A DNA stretch of 64,000 bases from Escherichia coli. Lineage in GTDB: Bacteria > Pseudomonadota > Gammaproteobacteria > Enterobacterales > Enterobacteriaceae. Below the pieces are notes generated by a model. It was not told the DNA's origin, did not search any database, and worked only from the letters and a program-made list of their open reading frames with translations. A program made the translations under genes and the position numbers. Positions within the stretch are counted from its first letter, which is position 1. The number at the start of each line of letters is the position of its first letter. The stretch is from assembly GCF_044324875.1 (NCBI RefSeq), contig NZ_CP172185.1; one strand, 5' to 3'. This document shows, piece by piece, positions 59,986 through 64,000 of the stretch.

Positions 59986-60020
59986 AATGATGTCCTCACG
60001 AGGATGTTAAAGTTTTATTA

Positions 60021-61340
60021 TTAGTTGCGTTCGTACACCAGACGACCATCAACGTAGGTGCGGTAGATCGAACGGTCATCGCCCAACGTCATCATCACGA
60101 ACAATTTGTCGACTAAAGAAACAGAGTTGTCATAGCGCAGCTGTTGTAGCGGAGTGGCGGTGGGTTCCATCACCACGAAATCAGCCTCTTTGCCAGGTAA
60201 AAAGTTGCCAATCAAATCGTCAAGGCCCAGAGATTTCGCTCCGCCGAGCGTGGCCAGGTAAAATGCTTCATATGCCGAGAGGCGATAGCCTTGTAGTTGC
60301 AACACTTTGTAGGCTTCGTTTAGCGTTTGCAGCATGTTGAAAGTTGTTCCGGCACCGATATCCGTTCCCATGCCCACTTTGACTTTCTTCTGCCATGCTT
60401 TTTTCAAGTTGAATAAGCCGCTGCCGAGGTAAAGGTTGGAGGTCGGACAGAAAGCAATGCTGGATTTGGTTTCGCTGAGACGATCCCACTCTTTTTCTTC
60501 GAGATGGACGCAGTGAGCAAAGACACAGTTTTTACCTGTCAGGCCATACTGGTGATAAACATCCAGATAGCCATCATGTTCAGGATAAAGTTCTTTCACC
60601 CAGGCAATTTCATCTTTGTTTTCACAGAGATGGGTATGTACCCACGTATCCGGATATTCTTCTTTCAGGCGTTTCGCCATCGCCATCTGTTCAGGAGATG
60701 AGGTAGGGGCGAAGCGTGGCGTAATCGCATACAACAGACGACCATTTTTGTGCCAGCGCTCGATCAGTTCTTTGCTTTGGTGATAGCTGCTTTCGGCAGT
60801 GTCGAGCAGATAATCCGGTGCGTTGCGGTCCATCATCACCTTACCGGCAATCATACGCATATTGATATGGCTGGCGGCTTCAAACAGCGCATCAACGGAT
60901 TGCGGATGAACAGTGCCAAACACCAGAGCCGTGGTGGTTCCGTTACGTAAAAGCTGCTTGATGAAGAACGCCGACATTTCGCGGGCGTACTCTAAATCCT
61001 CATAACGACGTTCAGTAGGGAAGGTGTGTTTATTCAACCACTCCAGCAATTGTTCACCATAGGCCCCCACCATTTCACTTTGCGGATAATGGATATGTGT
61101 ATCGACAAAGCCCGGTACTATCAGTTTGCCGCGATAGTCGCGCACGCGAATAGTGTCAGGAATTTGATGCTTTCCGTCTTCCCATTCACCAAACCATTCC
61201 ACTTTTCCCTGTTTAATGAGTAATAAACCATCCTCAATAAACCGCAGCGCAGAGGCAATCTCCTCTGGGTTATCGACTGTACGGGTGACATCAATAAAAC
61301 TGCCTCGTACCGCTTTTAACGTGTGTTCTCCTGACATCAT
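60021..61340 (-). CDS. guaD: Guanine deaminase
   Basis: 439 aa from MMSGEHTLKAVRGSFIDVTR; amidohydrolase metal-binding HxH motif (DTHIHYPQ). Confidence 0.93.
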   Translation of the reverse strand: MMSGEHTLKAVRGSFIDVTRTVDNPEEIASALRFIEDGLLLIKQGKVEWFGEWEDGKHQIPDTIRVRDYRGKLIVPGFVDTHIHYPQSEMVGAYGEQLLEWLNKHTFPTERRYEDLEYAREMSAFFIKQLLRNGTTTALVFGTVHPQSVDALFEAASHINMRMIAGKVMMDRNAPDYLLDTAESSYHQSKELIERWHKNGRLLYAITPRFAPTSSPEQMAMAKRLKEEYPDTWVHTHLCENKDEIAWVKELYPEHDGYLDVYHQYGLTGKNCVFAHCVHLEEKEWDRLSETKSSIAFCPTSNLYLGSGLFNLKKAWQKKVKVGMGTDIGAGTTFNMLQTLNEAYKVLQLQGYRLSAYEAFYLATLGGAKSLGLDDLIGNFLPGKEADFVVMEPTATPLQQLRYDNSVSLVDKLFVMMTLGDDRSIYRTYVDGRLVYERN

Positions 61341-61354
61341 TGACTCCTTTACTG

Positions 61355-62755
61355 TTAATCCATCTCTTCCGCTGAGGTAATACCAGGCAGAACGTTTTCC
61401 TGTCGGTAGCCACCAGGGAGGATAATATTTAATAAAATCGCAGTTAACCCGCCAGCACAAATAGGGTTTTCAACTAGTACATAAATAGAGGCTGGCAATA
61501 TTTTAAAAATTTCGGGATCGTAGGAGACGCCAAGTCCTAAACCTAAAGAAGTGGCGACAATAAGTGTTTCTCGGCGCTTTAAACCGTTGGTGATGATGAT
61601 GCGAATCCCAGCGATAGCAATCATGGAAAACATCAACGTCATTGCGCCTCCCAGAACTGCCGAGGGTATGGTTGTGAAGAAGCCGCCAATCATCGGAAAC
61701 AAGCCGAGGATAACCAGCATTACCGCGATGGTTCGCCCGACATAACGTGAAGCGACGCCAGTCATCTGAATAACCCCATTATTTTGCGCAAACGTGGTTA
61801 AGGGTAATGAACCGACAGCGGAGGCGATAACAGAAACCAGACCATCTGCCAGCACGCCGCCTTTCAGTCGGGACTGATACTCTTCCCCCTGAATAGGGCG
61901 GCGAGAAACCATTGCCGTGGCGGTGATATCGCCGACAGCTTCCAGCACGCTAAGCAAATAAATCGTGCCAACCACCAGGAACTGATGGAAGCTGAAACTA
62001 AACCCGTATTTGAACGGATGCGGGATGGTGATTAACGGCAAATTGCGCATACTGCTGAAATCCACCATACCCAGGCATAACGACACGATATAACCGACGC
62101 AAAGGCCAATGGCGATCCCTCCCATGCGTAGCAACGGACTGCGACAGCAGTTAAAGCCGATCACCACAATCAAAACCAATAAACCAACGCCGAGATGTTC
62201 GTAATTGCCGAACGTACCGCTGCTTTTGGCCGCAAATCCTCCACCAAAATCAATAATGCCGACTTTAATCAGGCTTAAGCCGATCATCAGCACCACAATG
62301 CCGCTGACGGTAGGCGTAATAACCCGACGTAAATAGGGCAGGATAAAAGAAGAGCCGACAACCAGAAATGCGCCAACGAAGGAGACGCCGAGGAGCGACG
62401 ACATGATTAACTCTTCGTGAAAACCGTCGCTTTTCATGCTGCTGCCCAGCGCAATCATGACCGTAACAAATGAAAAATTGACTGACTGAATTGAGAGAAG
62501 ACCAGAACCGACGATGCCGTAGCGGTTTACTTGTAACCAGGTACCAATACCAGAGGCGATCATCGCCATAGAAACCAGATAAGCGGTTGTTTCAGCGGAA
62601 AGCTGTAAGGCCGCACCCACGATTAACGCGGGGGTTACCATCGGAACGAAAATTGCCAACAGATGGGTAATGGCACCAACGAGAGCCTGATGAAAGGGAG
62701 GGCGATCCTCCAGTTCAAATATAAGGTCAGAACCTGCATGGTTTATATCAGACAT
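61355..62755 (-). CDS. xanQ: Xanthine permease (NAT/NCS2 family)
   Basis: 466 aa from MSDINHAGSDLIFELEDRPPFHQALVGAITHLLAIF. Confidence 0.93.
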   Translation of the reverse strand: MSDINHAGSDLIFELEDRPPFHQALVGAITHLLAIFVPMVTPALIVGAALQLSAETTAYLVSMAMIASGIGTWLQVNRYGIVGSGLLSIQSVNFSFVTVMIALGSSMKSDGFHEELIMSSLLGVSFVGAFLVVGSSFILPYLRRVITPTVSGIVVLMIGLSLIKVGIIDFGGGFAAKSSGTFGNYEHLGVGLLVLIVVIGFNCCRSPLLRMGGIAIGLCVGYIVSLCLGMVDFSSMRNLPLITIPHPFKYGFSFSFHQFLVVGTIYLLSVLEAVGDITATAMVSRRPIQGEEYQSRLKGGVLADGLVSVIASAVGSLPLTTFAQNNGVIQMTGVASRYVGRTIAVMLVILGLFPMIGGFFTTIPSAVLGGAMTLMFSMIAIAGIRIIITNGLKRRETLIVATSLGLGLGVSYDPEIFKILPASIYVLVENPICAGGLTAILLNIILPGGYRQENVLPGITSAEEMD

Positions 62756-62919
62756 CCCTTCACTCCTTTTAAAGTAAATTTGATCATCTGAATCAGTAAA
62801 ATAAATTCCCACGAATTTGGGGCGCAGGACGCCTTGAGAACGGCTTATCTCATTTTCGCAGTCACTATTTAGTCATCGTCCAAACAGAGAAACAGGCCGC
62901 CGAAGCGGCCATTTATTAT

Positions 62920-64000
62920 TTATATTTTTTCCAGCGCGGTGAGTATTTTCTCCGGTGTGAAATGCCATTCGCGTAACCAGATGCCGCATGCATCGTGAAT
63001 TGCGGTAGCAATCGCCGGAGCTGCGCCATTTACACCGATTTCCGAGATCGATTTCGCCCCGAACGGGCCGACTTTATCGTCGCTCGGCACCAGCACAGCG
63101 CGGAAATCACGCGGAATATCGCCTATTTTCGGTGCGCCGTAACTGCGTAAATCACGCGTTAACGGGTGACCTTCGGCGTCATAAATGATTTCTTCGCTCA
63201 TACTGTGGCCGATTGCACGAAGGGTGGCACCGTAGATTTGTCCCAACGCTAACTCTGGATTGACCGGTGTACCGCAATCCAGCAAGGCGTAGAATTTATC
63301 CAGGCGGATTTCACCCGTACGCGTGTTGACGGCAACTTCAGCAAAGTTTGCGCCATACGGGAAGGCGAAATCAGGCGTGATATAACTGCCAGTTCCCACC
63401 AGTGAACCAAAGCCTGTGCCGGTTTCGCCTTTATGGGCAATATCCCCGAAACTCACTTCGCCTTTCTTGCCGCGTACGACGCCCGGCGTTGCTAGTTGGA
63501 CATCTGCCACTGGCTCACCCAACATTTGCGCACCGTGGAACAGAATTTTCTCCCGCAGATTTTCTGCTGCCAAGCGCGCCGCGTTACCCGAGAAGCAAGT
63601 ACCGGACGAGGCATATGCGCCTTTATCAAACAACGCATGATCGGTATCACCGGAGATAACATGCACGTCCTGCGGTGGGCAGTGCAGTACTTCTGCTGCC
63701 AGTTTCGTCACCACGGTATCCAGACCAGTACCAATATCCGCACCGCCAGAATGAACGATAAAGGTACCGTCTGATTCCAGTTTGATCATACAGTTAGCCT
63801 GATCGATATCCGGGATACCCGATTTCTGCATGATAATGGCGACGCCGCGACCGATGTGCCAGTCACCATTTTGCGGTTTCGGTGAAGACCATTGGATCAT
63901 CTCGCGACCCTGACGCAGGATCTCTTCCAGTGCGCAGCTGGCGGCGGAAGGAACGGAGGTCGGCGCTTTACCTTCACCGATTGCACCGAGAATTTTCAGC
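62920..64000 (-). CDS. xdhD: Molybdopterin-dependent xanthine dehydrogenase-family subunit, C-terminal part (5' end outside window)
   Basis: Frame stays open to the window edge; C-terminal region of a molybdopterin-binding dehydrogenase; position after xanQ matches xdhD (ygfN). Confidence 0.8.
   Translation of the reverse strand, partial: LKILGAIGEGKAPTSVPSAASCALEEILRQGREMIQWSSPKPQNGDWHIGRGVAIIMQKSGIPDIDQANCMIKLESDGTFIVHSGGADIGTGLDTVVTKLAAEVLHCPPQDVHVISGDTDHALFDKGAYASSGTCFSGNAARLAAENLREKILFHGAQMLGEPVADVQLATPGVVRGKKGEVSFGDIAHKGETGTGFGSLVGTGSYITPDFAFPYGANFAEVAVNTRTGEIRLDKFYALLDCGTPVNPELALGQIYGATLRAIGHSMSEEIIYDAEGHPLTRDLRSYGAPKIGDIPRDFRAVLVPSDDKVGPFGAKSISEIGVNGAAPAIATAIHDACGIWLREWHFTPEKILTALEKI

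Overview
This window reads as an Escherichia coli chromosomal segment, syntenic with the K-12 speA–tktA–fbaA–serA–gcvTHP–prfB/lysS–xanQ/xdhD region in inverted orientation. All identifications are from reading the six-frame translations and the DNA against remembered E. coli proteins and motifs; no search was run, and comparisons to K-12 are from memory. About 55 protein genes are supported, nearly all conserved housekeeping genes, plus 6S RNA (ssrS), the ibsC/sibC type I toxin-antitoxin, two ERIC elements, REP/BIME clusters and several intrinsic terminators. Three single-gene loci appear to be extra relative to the K-12 order as I recall it: an AT-rich lipoprotein gene between speA and speB, a band-7/SPFH membrane protein between tktA and cmtB, and an orphan DctP-like TRAP solute-binding protein between mscS and argO. 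These are the best candidates for anything new, but none forms an obvious multi-gene system. Two genes look disrupted: argO by a 1-nt frameshift and scpC by an in-frame amber codon. ygfF appears to be missing between gcvP and bglA. prfB shows its classical programmed +1 frameshift site.
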